From the NCBI GenBank assembly GCA_964402285.1, contig CAYOAZ010000001.1, positions 889-64,888 on the forward strand: a stretch of DNA of 64,000 nucleotides, written 5' to 3'. Positions 9,094 to 18,418 of the stretch are shown here, in pieces. The notes under the pieces were generated by a model. The model was not told the DNA's origin. It saw nothing but the letters and a program-made list of their open reading frames with translations, and searched no databases. The position numbers and the translations under genes were made by a program. The stretch is from an uncultured Anaerolineae bacterium. Its GTDB lineage: Bacteria > Chloroflexota > Anaerolineae > JAADDB01. How positions within the stretch are numbered: the stretch's first letter is position 1; each line of letters begins with the position of its first letter.

Positions 9094-10722
9094 TCAAGTA
9101 TCACTCCCCAACGTCACCATTCGAGCCCATTGGGTGGATGGCATATGCCGGATAGTTTCCAGCACCTCGTCAGGGATGGGTTCATCTACTCCCATAACCA
9201 TGAGGGCCTCCCCACGTGGGTTCCGTCGGCCTAAATGCATATATGAGATGTTGATGTCGCGGTCGCCGAGGAGTGTACCGATACGCCCCATAATGCCCGG
9301 TTGATCACGATGACGGGTGATGAGCACGTATCCATGGGCCGGGAAGTCCACCCAGAAATCGTTCACGGCCACGATGGTGGGTTCTCCGTGGATAAGGGCT
9401 CCTCTCACAACTTGCACGACCGATGTGGTGCGTGAATCCCCCGAGCCGGCGTGGAGCGAGAGAAGGGTTTCAAACCGTTCGCTTTGCGGTTCGCGGCGTT
9501 CTATAACTTCAATTCCTCGCCGCCGTGCGACCCGATCCGCGTTTACCAGGTTGACGCGTGTGTCGACTACGTCCTTCAGAAGTCCTTTTAGGACGGCTGC
9601 TCGTAGATACACACTGTTGTGCTGGGCTAAATCTCCAGATAGGACAAGTTCTAGGCGTGTAATGGGCGCGTCGCTCACCTGGTGCAAAAAGCGTCCCAAC
9701 CGTTCTGCCAAATCGATCCACGGCGTCAGAAAGGCCAGGCTTTGGGGGGGGACAATGGGGGCGTTAATCGCGTGGGCCGCGAGACGGCCTTGAAGCACGG
9801 CAATGACCTGTTCTGCCACATCTGTCGCGACACGGGTTTGTGCCTCCGCGGTAGAGCCTCCAATATGAGGTGTAAGGATAACACGGGGATGGCGACGCAA
9901 AGGGTGTTCCGGTGGGAGTGGTTCTTCGTCGAATACGTCTAAAGCAGCCCCCGCGAGTTGGCCTTCATCAAGTACTTTGAGAAGTGCTTTTTCATCTATT
10001 ACGGCACCTCGAGCCGTGTTAATTAAGTAAGAGCCGGGTTTCAGTTGGCGCAAACGCTCTTCGCTCATAAAACCTCGGGTGCTGGGCGTAAGGGGTAAAT
10101 GGAGGGAGAGAAAATCAGCCTGGGCCAGGACTTCTTCTAAAGGCAGCAAGGTAACACTCAACGCCCGAGCGTATTCTTCGCTCACATATGGGTCGTAAGC
10201 GATGACGTTCATATCCAGGCCGTGCGCCCTGCGGGCGACTTCAGATGCAACTCGTCCCAGGCCGATTAAACCGAGGGTTTTATCTCGTATCTCAGTTCCC
10301 ACGAATCGCTTTCGGTTCCACTCTCCAGCCCGCATGCTGGTGTAAGCCTGGGGGATGTGGCGAGCCAGAGCCATAAGAAGGGCTATGGTGTGCTCGGCAG
10401 CAGCCACAATGTTGGCGGTCGGCGCGTTCACTACAAGGATCCCGTACTCGGTAGCCGCGTCCAGGTCAATGTTGTCCACACCCACACCGGCCCGGGCTAC
10501 TACCTTGAGACGTTGCGCCGCAGCCAGGACCTCTCGCGTTACTTTGGTTCCGCTGCGCACGATAAGCGCGTCGTATTCGGGAATAACACGGGCCAGTTCT
10601 TGCGGCGAGAGTCCTGTACGCACATCTACTTGGCCGTACTGCCGAAGCAGGCGTAGTCCCTCCTCGGCTAAAGGATCGGATACAAGTATGCGAGCATACA
10701 CCGGCCGAACTTCGGTCATCAC
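9094..10722 (-). CDS. serA: D-3-phosphoglycerate dehydrogenase, long form with ASB and ACT domains
   Basis: 542 aa. The 2-hydroxyacid dehydrogenase NAD-binding core (GLIGLGRVASEVA, HIGGST) is followed by a C-terminal ACT-like regulatory domain. Confidence 0.9.
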   Translation of the reverse strand: MMTEVRPVYARILVSDPLAEEGLRLLRQYGQVDVRTGLSPQELARVIPEYDALIVRSGTKVTREVLAAAQRLKVVARAGVGVDNIDLDAATEYGILVVNAPTANIVAAAEHTIALLMALARHIPQAYTSMRAGEWNRKRFVGTEIRDKTLGLIGLGRVASEVARRAHGLDMNVIAYDPYVSEEYARALSVTLLPLEEVLAQADFLSLHLPLTPSTRGFMSEERLRQLKPGSYLINTARGAVIDEKALLKVLDEGQLAGAALDVFDEEPLPPEHPLRRHPRVILTPHIGGSTAEAQTRVATDVAEQVIAVLQGRLAAHAINAPIVPPQSLAFLTPWIDLAERLGRFLHQVSDAPITRLELVLSGDLAQHNSVYLRAAVLKGLLKDVVDTRVNLVNADRVARRRGIEVIERREPQSERFETLLSLHAGSGDSRTTSVVQVVRGALIHGEPTIVAVNDFWVDFPAHGYVLITRHRDQPGIMGRIGTLLGDRDINISYMHLGRRNPRGEALMVMGVDEPIPDEVLETIRHMPSTQWARMVTLGSDT

Positions 10723-12386
10723 ATCACCTCTGGTGCACTCATGCCCAGAATGTCCTCCAGGAGATGGGCAAAAATGGTTTTCACTGCCGCCACCAGTCGC
10801 AAACGCGCTTGACTTAAAGCCGGGTGTTCCGGATCCACCACGCGGCAGTCCCGGTAGAACGCGTGGAATTGCGTGGCCAACTCTTGCGCATAATACGTTA
10901 AATGATGCGGTTCTAGCCGTTCGGCCACAGTAATGAGCAAGTCGGGCAGATCCAGGATTTTCTTGAGCAACGCCTGTTCAGAGGGGTGAGTAAGCAGGCT
11001 AAGATCCCCTTCTTTCCAATTGGCCCAGCCGTCGGCCTGGGCTTTACGGAGAATGCCCGCAATGCGCGTGTGGGCATACTGTACGTAATAGACAGGATTG
11101 TCTTGACTTTGCTCTACAGCCAGGGCCAAATCAAAATCGATTTTAGCCTCGTTACTACGGGTAAGCAGCATAAAGCGTATGGGATCAGGGCCTACTTCGT
11201 CCAGGACTTCCCGCAAAGTAATGATATCCCCTGAACGTTTGGAGAGTTTGACTTCTACGCCATGGCGTTTGAGAGTAACCAAGTTGTACAGGAGGATGGT
11301 TAGGCGATCTGGATCCAACCCCAAAGCGCGCATCATGGCCTTCATGCGTGGAACATGTCCTTGATGGTCCACAGACCAGACATCGATGACCCATTGGAAG
11401 CCACGCAGGACAAACTTGTTATAATGATAAGCGATGTCCGAGGCAAAGTAACCCGGTTCACCATTGGAGCGGATAATAACTTCATCTTTATCACCTCCCA
11501 CTTGGGTGGCCGCGAACCATAAGGCACCATCCTTTTCATACACAAGTCCTTTTTCTTTTAGGATGTTCAATACTTGGTCAAAGGTCCCGTCCTGGTACAA
11601 TGTCCGCTCCGAGAACCAGTTATCAAACTCCACCCGTAAGTCCGCCAGGTCCTTCTTGAGTTCCTCCAGTACAATACTCAGGCCCAAGTCCGTGATTTGA
11701 CGGATAGCCTCTTCCCGGTCTATCTCTAAAAACCTTCGGCCGTATTCCTGCGCGATGCGCTTTCCATAGTCCACCATGTATTGACCGCGATAACCGTCTT
11801 CTGGTAATGGGATATCCTCCCCCAGGATTTGGGCGTAGCGCGCGAACAGGCTTTCCCCAAATTTACGCATCTGGGATCCCGCGTCATTAACGTAATACTC
11901 TCGTTGAACGGTATATCCGATGAGGTCCAGAACCCGGGCCAGGGTATCCCCCAGCACGGCGTTGCGCGCTCCACCGAAGTGAAGCGGTCCTGTAGGGTTG
12001 GCACTCACAAATTCCACTTGAACGTGCATCCCACTTCCTACTTGGCTACGTGTCCAGTTTCGGCCCAGGTTCTCAATGGCGGCTACCTGATGGGCCACCC
12101 AATGGGGGCTTAACCGTATGTTGATGAACCCAGGCGGTGCAATGGAGACTTCTGAGATCATGGAGGAAGTTGGGAGATGCTGTTGGATGGCCTCGGCAAT
12201 GCGTAAGGGGGCCATCCTGGCCACTCGAGCCAACTGCAGTGCAATGTTGGTGCTGTAATCCCCGAATTGGGGCTTGGTTGGCGTAACTTCCACAGGGGGA
12301 ATGTCAAACGCGGGAAGTGCTCCTTTTTCTTGTGCTGCTTCAATCCCCTTGTGTATCCACGTGGCAAGGTCCTGGCGGACAGTCAT
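10719..12386 (-). CDS. argS: Arginine--tRNA ligase
   Basis: Class I HIGH-type motif SANPTGPLHFGGARN and the DALR anticodon-binding C-terminus. The track ORF extends to 12551, but the ATG at 12386 is preceded by GGAGG (..TTGACATGAGGAGGCATGAAATG) and begins MTVRQDL, typical of ArgS. I therefore annotate the shorter gene. Confidence 0.88.
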   Translation of the reverse strand: MTVRQDLATWIHKGIEAAQEKGALPAFDIPPVEVTPTKPQFGDYSTNIALQLARVARMAPLRIAEAIQQHLPTSSMISEVSIAPPGFINIRLSPHWVAHQVAAIENLGRNWTRSQVGSGMHVQVEFVSANPTGPLHFGGARNAVLGDTLARVLDLIGYTVQREYYVNDAGSQMRKFGESLFARYAQILGEDIPLPEDGYRGQYMVDYGKRIAQEYGRRFLEIDREEAIRQITDLGLSIVLEELKKDLADLRVEFDNWFSERTLYQDGTFDQVLNILKEKGLVYEKDGALWFAATQVGGDKDEVIIRSNGEPGYFASDIAYHYNKFVLRGFQWVIDVWSVDHQGHVPRMKAMMRALGLDPDRLTILLYNLVTLKRHGVEVKLSKRSGDIITLREVLDEVGPDPIRFMLLTRSNEAKIDFDLALAVEQSQDNPVYYVQYAHTRIAGILRKAQADGWANWKEGDLSLLTHPSEQALLKKILDLPDLLITVAERLEPHHLTYYAQELATQFHAFYRDCRVVDPEHPALSQARLRLVAAVKTIFAHLLEDILGMSAPEVM

Positions 12387-12530
12387 TTCATGCCTCCTCA
12401 TGTCAACAAGCGTAGTCCTCTTCTGGCATGATAACGAATCCTTAGGATGAGGGCAAGATACCGTTGCGATGTGAAAGTGAAAGGGAAGTCTCCCAGCCCG
12501 TGAAGAGAATTCATTTTTGCCCACTTTTAG

Positions 12531-12552
12531 TGGTACACTAAGATGGTACAAT
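12531..12552 (+). promoter_or_regulatory. Tandem extended -10 elements (TGGTACACT ... TGGTACAAT) upstream of the dynamin-like GTPase gene
   Basis: gTGGTACActaagaTGGTACAATattcag lies ~40 nt upstream of the ATG at 12595. TGnTACAAT matches the extended -10 consensus. Confidence 0.4.
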
Positions 12553-12594
12553 ATTCAGAAAGGGTAGTCCCTTTTTAAAGAGGAGTTTTTTCGC

Positions 12595-14349
12595 ATGAAA
12601 GGTGTCCTTGACGCGCGTACGGCTGCTTTGGTGCAGCAAGAACGTTCTCTTTTGGAACGTCTCGGGCAGATCCTGGAGGAGATAGGGGCATCTGAGGAAA
12701 CCCGTCGGGCGCTTCAACAAGCGCTACAGGATTTGACCGACCTTTTTCTTTTGGTCATCGTAGGGGAGTTTAACGCGGGCAAATCTGCGGTTATCAACGC
12801 GTTATTGGGCGAGCCTGTACTGCAGGAAGGCGTGACTCCAACAACCGCACAGATTCACATTGTCCGTTATGGTGCATCTCCTGGGCGGGCCGAAACAAAG
12901 GATGGGGTTGTTATTATCACCTATCCTGCCGAATGGCTTCAGAACATGGCCCTTGTAGACACTCCTGGTACGAACGCGGTCATTCAGCGCCACCAGGAGA
13001 TTACTGAGCACTTTGTCCCGCGGAGTGACCTGGTCCTGTTCGTTACCTCTGCGGATCGCCCTTTCACAGAGAGCGAACGGGCTTTTTTGGAGCGTATCCG
13101 CTCTTGGGGGAAGAAGGTGGTGTTTGTGGTGAATAAAGCGGATTTGTTTTCGCCGCCAGAAATTCAGGAGATCCGCCACTTTGTGGAGGACCATGCTCGG
13201 CGTACTTTGGGTATAGATCCTCGTGTGTTTGTGGTGTCTGCTCGCCTGGCCCAACAGGCGCGAGCCGCATCTGGCGGGGAGCGTTCTTCTTTGTGGGAGG
13301 AAAGCGGTTTTGCCGCGCTGGACGCGTTTATTCGGGAGACCTTGGATGAGGTAGAACGGTTACGCTTGAAACTTTCCACTCCCCTGGGCATTGCCCGCCG
13401 TTCTATATCTGAAGCAGATGCTTTAATCCAGGCCCGTATGGCCTTGCTCCAGGATGATGTGCGTGGCCTGGACCGCATCGAAGGGCAATTGCAGGAATAC
13501 GAAGAGGAAATGCGTGAGCAATTGGCCTATCGGCTCAGTCGCGTAGATAACATTTTGCACGAGATGGCCCGTCGCGGGAGTCGTTTTTTCGATGAGACGT
13601 TGCGTCTTGCCCGGCTTTTTGACCTGCTTAACAGTGAGCGATTAAAGCGGGAATTCGAACAGAAGGTTATTGGTGACCTGTCCCAACAGGTCGAGGCGGA
13701 AGTGAGTGCTTTGGTGGATTGGATGGTGGATCAGGAATTCCGTCAATGGCGGGCCATTACCGCGCACGTTCAGGAGCGTGCGGAAAAGCATGCCGTATCT
13801 TCCTGGACGGACGAGGAGGACACGGGATTTGAGGCGAAACGTCGGGCTCTGTTAACGTCGATTGGTCGTTCGGCACAGCAGGTTGTAGCGACTTACGATA
13901 AAGAAGCCGAAGTTCAAGCCCTGGTAGAGAGTGTTCAAACAACGTTAGCCCACACCGCGTTGGTGGAAGTGGGGGCCGTAGGACTGGGCGCGATTATCGT
14001 TGCTTTAGTCCATGGCATTCTCTTGGATGTAACGGGGATTCTTGGGGCCGGGTTGATTGCTGCAGCCGGGCTATACCTTATCCCTGCTCGACGGGAAAAG
14101 GCGCGCCGGGAATTGGTTGCCCGGGTGGATGCGTTACGCCAGGAGTTACGGGAGGTGCTTTCCCAGTCCTTTGACCGGGAGTTAAGTCGCTCTTTGGATA
14201 GGATGCGGTCGGCTCTGGGCCCCTACGCTCGTTTTGTTCGCGCGGAACAAGAACATCTCCAGGGAACGCGGCAGGCTTTGCAGGATATACGGCAGGCTTT
14301 GGATGAATTAGAAGCCCAGATTCTTTCCTTGTCTCGGAGGTCTTTATGA
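12595..14349 (+). CDS. Bacterial dynamin-like GTPase (dynamin family, BDLP-like)
   Basis: P-loop GEFNAGKSAVINALLG, switch threonine TPTT, DTPG and NKAD motifs, then long coiled-coil and paddle-like regions. 584 aa. Confidence 0.8.
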   Translation: MKGVLDARTAALVQQERSLLERLGQILEEIGASEETRRALQQALQDLTDLFLLVIVGEFNAGKSAVINALLGEPVLQEGVTPTTAQIHIVRYGASPGRAETKDGVVIITYPAEWLQNMALVDTPGTNAVIQRHQEITEHFVPRSDLVLFVTSADRPFTESERAFLERIRSWGKKVVFVVNKADLFSPPEIQEIRHFVEDHARRTLGIDPRVFVVSARLAQQARAASGGERSSLWEESGFAALDAFIRETLDEVERLRLKLSTPLGIARRSISEADALIQARMALLQDDVRGLDRIEGQLQEYEEEMREQLAYRLSRVDNILHEMARRGSRFFDETLRLARLFDLLNSERLKREFEQKVIGDLSQQVEAEVSALVDWMVDQEFRQWRAITAHVQERAEKHAVSSWTDEEDTGFEAKRRALLTSIGRSAQQVVATYDKEAEVQALVESVQTTLAHTALVEVGAVGLGAIIVALVHGILLDVTGILGAGLIAAAGLYLIPARREKARRELVARVDALRQELREVLSQSFDRELSRSLDRMRSALGPYARFVRAEQEHLQGTRQALQDIRQALDELEAQILSLSRRSL

Positions 14350-14906
14350 ACTGGGACCGTAAGGGCTCTGCTCTTTGGGTTATTCTGGGGGTAGCGGGGC
14401 TCGTCCTTCTAGTTGACCAGATTACTAAAGCGTGGGTGCGTGCTCATATTCCCTTTGGTGGGGCTCTGTATCCTATCCCCGCGGCGCGTGCGTTCTTTCG
14501 CCTGACCCATTTGACCAACACGGGCGTGGCTTTTGGCTTTCTTCAGAACACGGATATGTTGTACGTGCTCATCATTGGGGTGATGGTGGTAACTATGGTG
14601 TTATATGCTCGGCACCTCCCCTGGTCTCATCCTCTCGTCCAGGTTGCTGCTGGGCTCCAGTTGGGTGGCGCTGTAGGGAATTTGGTAGACCGATTTCGTT
14701 TGGGGCACGTCACCGACTTCATTGATTTCTTCGTGGTGATTGGGGGAAAGACGTATCATTATCCACCTTTCAATCTCGCGGACGCGTCTATTGTCGTAGG
14801 AGTCAGTATTCTTTTCTTCGTTTTGTGGCGCTTGGAGAAGCGTGCAGAAGGGGTATACGAACAAGATGGACGAATTTCCGGAAATAGAGACCACGTATCG
14901 CTTTGA
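14346..14906 (+). CDS. lspA: Lipoprotein signal peptidase (signal peptidase II)
   Basis: NTGVAFGFL, NLVDR and FNLAD motifs and four TM helices. Its start overlaps the stop of the dynamin gene (ATGA). Confidence 0.88.
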   Translation: MNWDRKGSALWVILGVAGLVLLVDQITKAWVRAHIPFGGALYPIPAARAFFRLTHLTNTGVAFGFLQNTDMLYVLIIGVMVVTMVLYARHLPWSHPLVQVAAGLQLGGAVGNLVDRFRLGHVTDFIDFFVVIGGKTYHYPPFNLADASIVVGVSILFFVLWRLEKRAEGVYEQDGRISGNRDHVSL

Positions 14907-15804
14907 TCACGTGACCCCGGGCGAGCGGTTGGATAAGTGGTTGGCCCGTCAATTGCCCGAGCGTTCTCGAACGGAGATTCAACGCTGGATCAAAGAGGGC
15001 TTTGTTCGCGTAAACGGACGGGCCAGTAAACCCGGGTACAAACTGGAACCCGGCGATGTAGTTGAAGTCGACGTACCCGCTTCTCAACCTTACGAAGGTG
15101 TGCAGCCAGAACCGATACCCCTCAACATCCTTTATGAGGATGAGGATATTCTAGTTATTGACAAGCCCGCGGGCATGGTGGTACATCCAGCTCCTGGTCA
15201 TACGTCTGGGACGTTGGTGAATGCAATTCTCCATCACGTACCCGAGTTGGAAGGCGTTGGGGGCGTGGAACGCCCAGGTATTGTTCACCGTCTCGACAAG
15301 GACACGTCGGGATTGATTTTGGTGGCCAAGAACGATCGGGCTCACCGGGAACTGCAGCGTCAATTTAAGGCGCGTGAGGTGGAGAAAGTATACCTTGCCT
15401 TGGTGGAAGGTCATTTGCAGCCCAAGATCGGCCGTATAGAGGCTCCTATTGGACGGGATAAGAAGCACCGCAAGCGCATGGCAGTTACTCGGGATGGGCG
15501 GGAGGCTGTCACGGAGTATCGAGTGCGCGGATATTATGGGAATTACACGCTGGTTGAAGTCCATCCATTGACTGGCCGTACTCACCAAATTCGAGTCCAC
15601 TTCGCGTTCATCGGCCACCCCCTCGCAGGGGATACAGTTTATGGACATCGTAAGCAGAAACTCAAACCGTGGCTGAAGCGCCATTTCTTGCACGCTTATA
15701 AATTGCGGTTCCGTTTGCCTAGTACTCGAGAATGGGTAGAATTTACTTCACCCTTGCCCCCGGATTTGCAAGCGGTTTTGGATCGCCTGCGCTACATTGA
15801 ATGA
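14866..15804 (+). CDS. rluD: RluA/RluD-family 23S rRNA pseudouridine synthase with an N-terminal S4 domain
   Basis: S4 domain (LDKWLARQLP..SRTEIQRWIKEG) and catalytic HRLDKDTSGL. The track start at 14842 is a GTG; the ATG at 14866 is used here. Confidence 0.85.
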   Translation: MDEFPEIETTYRFDHVTPGERLDKWLARQLPERSRTEIQRWIKEGFVRVNGRASKPGYKLEPGDVVEVDVPASQPYEGVQPEPIPLNILYEDEDILVIDKPAGMVVHPAPGHTSGTLVNAILHHVPELEGVGGVERPGIVHRLDKDTSGLILVAKNDRAHRELQRQFKAREVEKVYLALVEGHLQPKIGRIEAPIGRDKKHRKRMAVTRDGREAVTEYRVRGYYGNYTLVEVHPLTGRTHQIRVHFAFIGHPLAGDTVYGHRKQKLKPWLKRHFLHAYKLRFRLPSTREWVEFTSPLPPDLQAVLDRLRYIE

Positions 15805-16226
15805 GAGGTGGTGTGGAGGAGATGAGTCAGGTATCTCACATTCAATTGGATGTTGACGCATGGTTGGCTTATGGTGAAGCCGATCTTCAAGCGGCCCGTA
15901 CATTGTACCGGGCGGGACATTACATGGCCTGTGCTTTCCACTGTCACCAAGCCCTGGAGAAGGGCTTGAAAGCCGTTTGGACTTACCATCACAGCGAGGA
16001 ACCTCCACCTATTCACAATTTGCGTTTGCTCCTGGCCCATAGTGGAGTTTCCGACATGCCCGAGCAGGTGGTGGAGGCTGTATTATTAGCCAGCCCTCAT
16101 TATGTGGTCGCCCGCATCCCGGGCATTCCCCATGGGGACATAAAGACGTACACACGAGAGCGTGTGTGGAAACTTTTGAATCTCGTGGAAGAGGCTTGGA
16201 CATGGTGCTTACAAACGATCAAGTAA
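15801..16226 (+). CDS. HEPN domain protein (putative HepT-like toxin of a HEPN/MNT module)
   Basis: 141 aa, all-helical, with LYRAGHY.AC.FHCHQALEKGLKAV typical of PF05168 HEPN. Its start ATGA overlaps the rluD stop. Confidence 0.7.
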   Translation: MRGGVEEMSQVSHIQLDVDAWLAYGEADLQAARTLYRAGHYMACAFHCHQALEKGLKAVWTYHHSEEPPPIHNLRLLLAHSGVSDMPEQVVEAVLLASPHYVVARIPGIPHGDIKTYTRERVWKLLNLVEEAWTWCLQTIK

Positions 16227-16570
16227 ACGAACAATTGCGCCGCTTTTACGAGGAGGTCCGTCAGCACGTTCCGGTACAGGCGTTTATTTTATTTGGCTCG
16301 TACGCGCGTGGTAATCCTCGCCCGTGGAGCGATATTGACGTAGCCGTCATCTCTCCTGCCTGGCAGGAAATGAGCCGCCAGGAACGGTTGACTTTGCTAG
16401 GACGTTGGGCGTGGAACGCTGGGACATTGTGGATTGAGGCTGTGGGGTATACGCCAGAAGAGTTCGCCCAGGCTGTTCCTGGCTCCTTTGTGGGTGACAT
16501 TCGAGAGGAGGGCCTTGTTCTTCGGGATGGTAAAATCATAGGGAGGGTGGCACAGGTTTTTGATGGATGA
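16202..16570 (+). CDS. Minimal nucleotidyltransferase (MNT/MntA-like putative antitoxin)
   Basis: LFGSYARG....DIDV is the Pol-beta-type GS-x9-13-DxD nucleotidyltransferase motif. It overlaps the HEPN gene by 25 nt. Confidence 0.7.
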   Translation: MVLTNDQVNEQLRRFYEEVRQHVPVQAFILFGSYARGNPRPWSDIDVAVISPAWQEMSRQERLTLLGRWAWNAGTLWIEAVGYTPEEFAQAVPGSFVGDIREEGLVLRDGKIIGRVAQVFDG

Positions 16571-17261
16571 GAAGGCTCTTCTGTTTCAGCGGTTGTACGA
16601 TGCGGGAATTGTCCAAGAAGATGATTGGCCCTATTGGGAACTGTTAACATTACGTCGATTGCAACGCATGCTCGCTGTCCTTGAACAGCGTACTGTCCAC
16701 ATTGTTGTGGGCATGGAGGCTGTAGATGATGGCCACAATCAAGCAGCCATTCTCCGTTCCGCGGACGCGTTTGGTGTTCAAGAGATAGCCGTTATCACTG
16801 GCCGGGCCCCTTTTTCTCCTAGCGAACGGGTAACCCAGGGAGCGCATAAATGGCTCACCATCCAAAAGTATCCGGACGTGGGCACGGCAATGGAGCATTT
16901 GCGTGAGCGGGGGTATCGCATTTGGGCAAGTCGTTTGTCTTCGGACGCGATTCCGTTGGAAGAGGTGGATTTGAGCGTACCCGCCGCGTTCTTTTTCGGT
17001 AACGAGCATGCCGGGCTTTCTGAGGAGGCGTTGACGCATGCGGATGCCTCCTTTGTTATTCCAATGGTGGGGTTCGCCCAGAGCCTAAACGTCTCCGTTG
17101 CTGCGGCAGTGACTTTGTACCACACCACACGTCGGGCTCGCCAGACTCTGGGAGACGCGTATTTCTTATCTCCGGAACAGAAGCGGGCTCTAATGCGTCG
17201 TTGGTTGCGTATTGCTACCCCCGCGGTGCGTCGGGTGGCTGCTTTGGAAGAGCATGGGTAA
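16563..17261 (+). CDS. trmH: TrmH/SpoU-family RNA 2'-O-methyltransferase
   Basis: SpoU-TrmD fold motifs (GNEHAGLSEEAL, IPMVGFAQSLNVSVAAAV). It overlaps the MNT stop. Confidence 0.8.
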   Translation: MDEKALLFQRLYDAGIVQEDDWPYWELLTLRRLQRMLAVLEQRTVHIVVGMEAVDDGHNQAAILRSADAFGVQEIAVITGRAPFSPSERVTQGAHKWLTIQKYPDVGTAMEHLRERGYRIWASRLSSDAIPLEEVDLSVPAAFFFGNEHAGLSEEALTHADASFVIPMVGFAQSLNVSVAAAVTLYHTTRRARQTLGDAYFLSPEQKRALMRRWLRIATPAVRRVAALEEHG

Positions 17262-17415
17262 GGTGTAAGTGAACGTTGGGCCTTGGTCATTGACGAATGC
17301 TTTTGTGCGTGGCCTCGTTTTCTCCACTTGCCAAGGTGTCTGCTACTCACGTGTTTCACCGTAAAAACACCGACTTCCAATAATTCATGTACTCAGTTCG
17401 GGAGGAGAGGAAACA

Positions 17416-18291
17416 ATGGCCAGGTTTTCGGAAATTTACCAGAACGGTAAACCTGTGTTGTCCGTGGAGATTTTCCCCCCAAAAAAGCCTCGCGGGTGGG
17501 CTAATCTTTACTATGAACTTTATCACCTGACCCGTCATCATCCGGGGTTTGTATCTGTTACGTACGGCGCTGGTGGCAGCACCCGAGATCAGACATTGGA
17601 GTTGACGTACGAAATTCGCACACGATTTCACGTGACCGCGGTTCCTCACTTCACGTGTGTAGGCGCTACACCGGACAGCATTCGGGAATACTTGGACCGG
17701 GCCATTGCTTTGGGCGCGGAGAACATTGTCGCATTGCGGGGCGATCCTCCCAAGGGGGAAACGGAATTTAAGCCCGCTCCTGGGGGATGTCGGTACGCGT
17801 ATCAACTGGTAGAATTCATCCGCTCATACACCGACCAATTGGACATTGCTGTGGCAGGTTATCCAGAGGGGCACGTGGAATGTCGTGACATGAAGAAAAA
17901 TATTGAGTACTTGAAAATAAAAGTGGATGCGGGGGCAAATTTGGTTATTACTCAGTTATTCTACGACAATGCGGCTTTCTTCCGTTTTCGGGAGATGGCT
18001 GTTAAAGCCGGGATAAACGTGCCCATTGTTCCGGGTATTTTACCTATCATCAAATTCTCACAGGTTCAACGTATAACAAACCTGTGCGGAGCAAGCATCC
18101 CGGAACGGTTAACCAAGCGCCTCATTGTGTATCCGGATGGTTCTCCGGAACAGCGGGATGCAGGGGTGGAATACGCCATAGAACAAGCCCGTGAATTACT
18201 GGAAGCCGGGGTGCCAGGATTGCACGTGTTCACCTTGAACAACAGTCATGCGACGTCCAGGATGGTGGAAGCACTGGGCGAGTACTTCTAA
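17416..18291 (+). CDS. metF: 5,10-methylenetetrahydrofolate reductase
   Basis: SVEIFPPKK, VTYGAGGSTR and the TIM-barrel MetF signature over 291 aa. Confidence 0.88.
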   Translation: MARFSEIYQNGKPVLSVEIFPPKKPRGWANLYYELYHLTRHHPGFVSVTYGAGGSTRDQTLELTYEIRTRFHVTAVPHFTCVGATPDSIREYLDRAIALGAENIVALRGDPPKGETEFKPAPGGCRYAYQLVEFIRSYTDQLDIAVAGYPEGHVECRDMKKNIEYLKIKVDAGANLVITQLFYDNAAFFRFREMAVKAGINVPIVPGILPIIKFSQVQRITNLCGASIPERLTKRLIVYPDGSPEQRDAGVEYAIEQARELLEAGVPGLHVFTLNNSHATSRMVEALGEYF

Positions 18292-18418
18292 AGGCCTTTA
18301 GGGCGCGGGGATGTGTGATTTGTCATTTCCGCGAAGTTGGGATATACTCTCCTCGAGAGGAGGAGATAAGGCGGCCGTGCAATGGCGCACGTCCGAAATC
18401 CGAGGATGGAGGCACATC

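Noticed and set aside
12387-12594. Possible T-box leader upstream of argS
   Set aside because: There is no AAUUAGGGUGGNACCGCG T-box sequence, and no specifier or antiterminator architecture. The region is short and holds the divergent promoters instead.
17262-17415. Possible SAM (S-box) riboswitch upstream of metF
   Set aside because: The 150-nt leader is too short, and lacks the S-box conserved cores and four-way junction.
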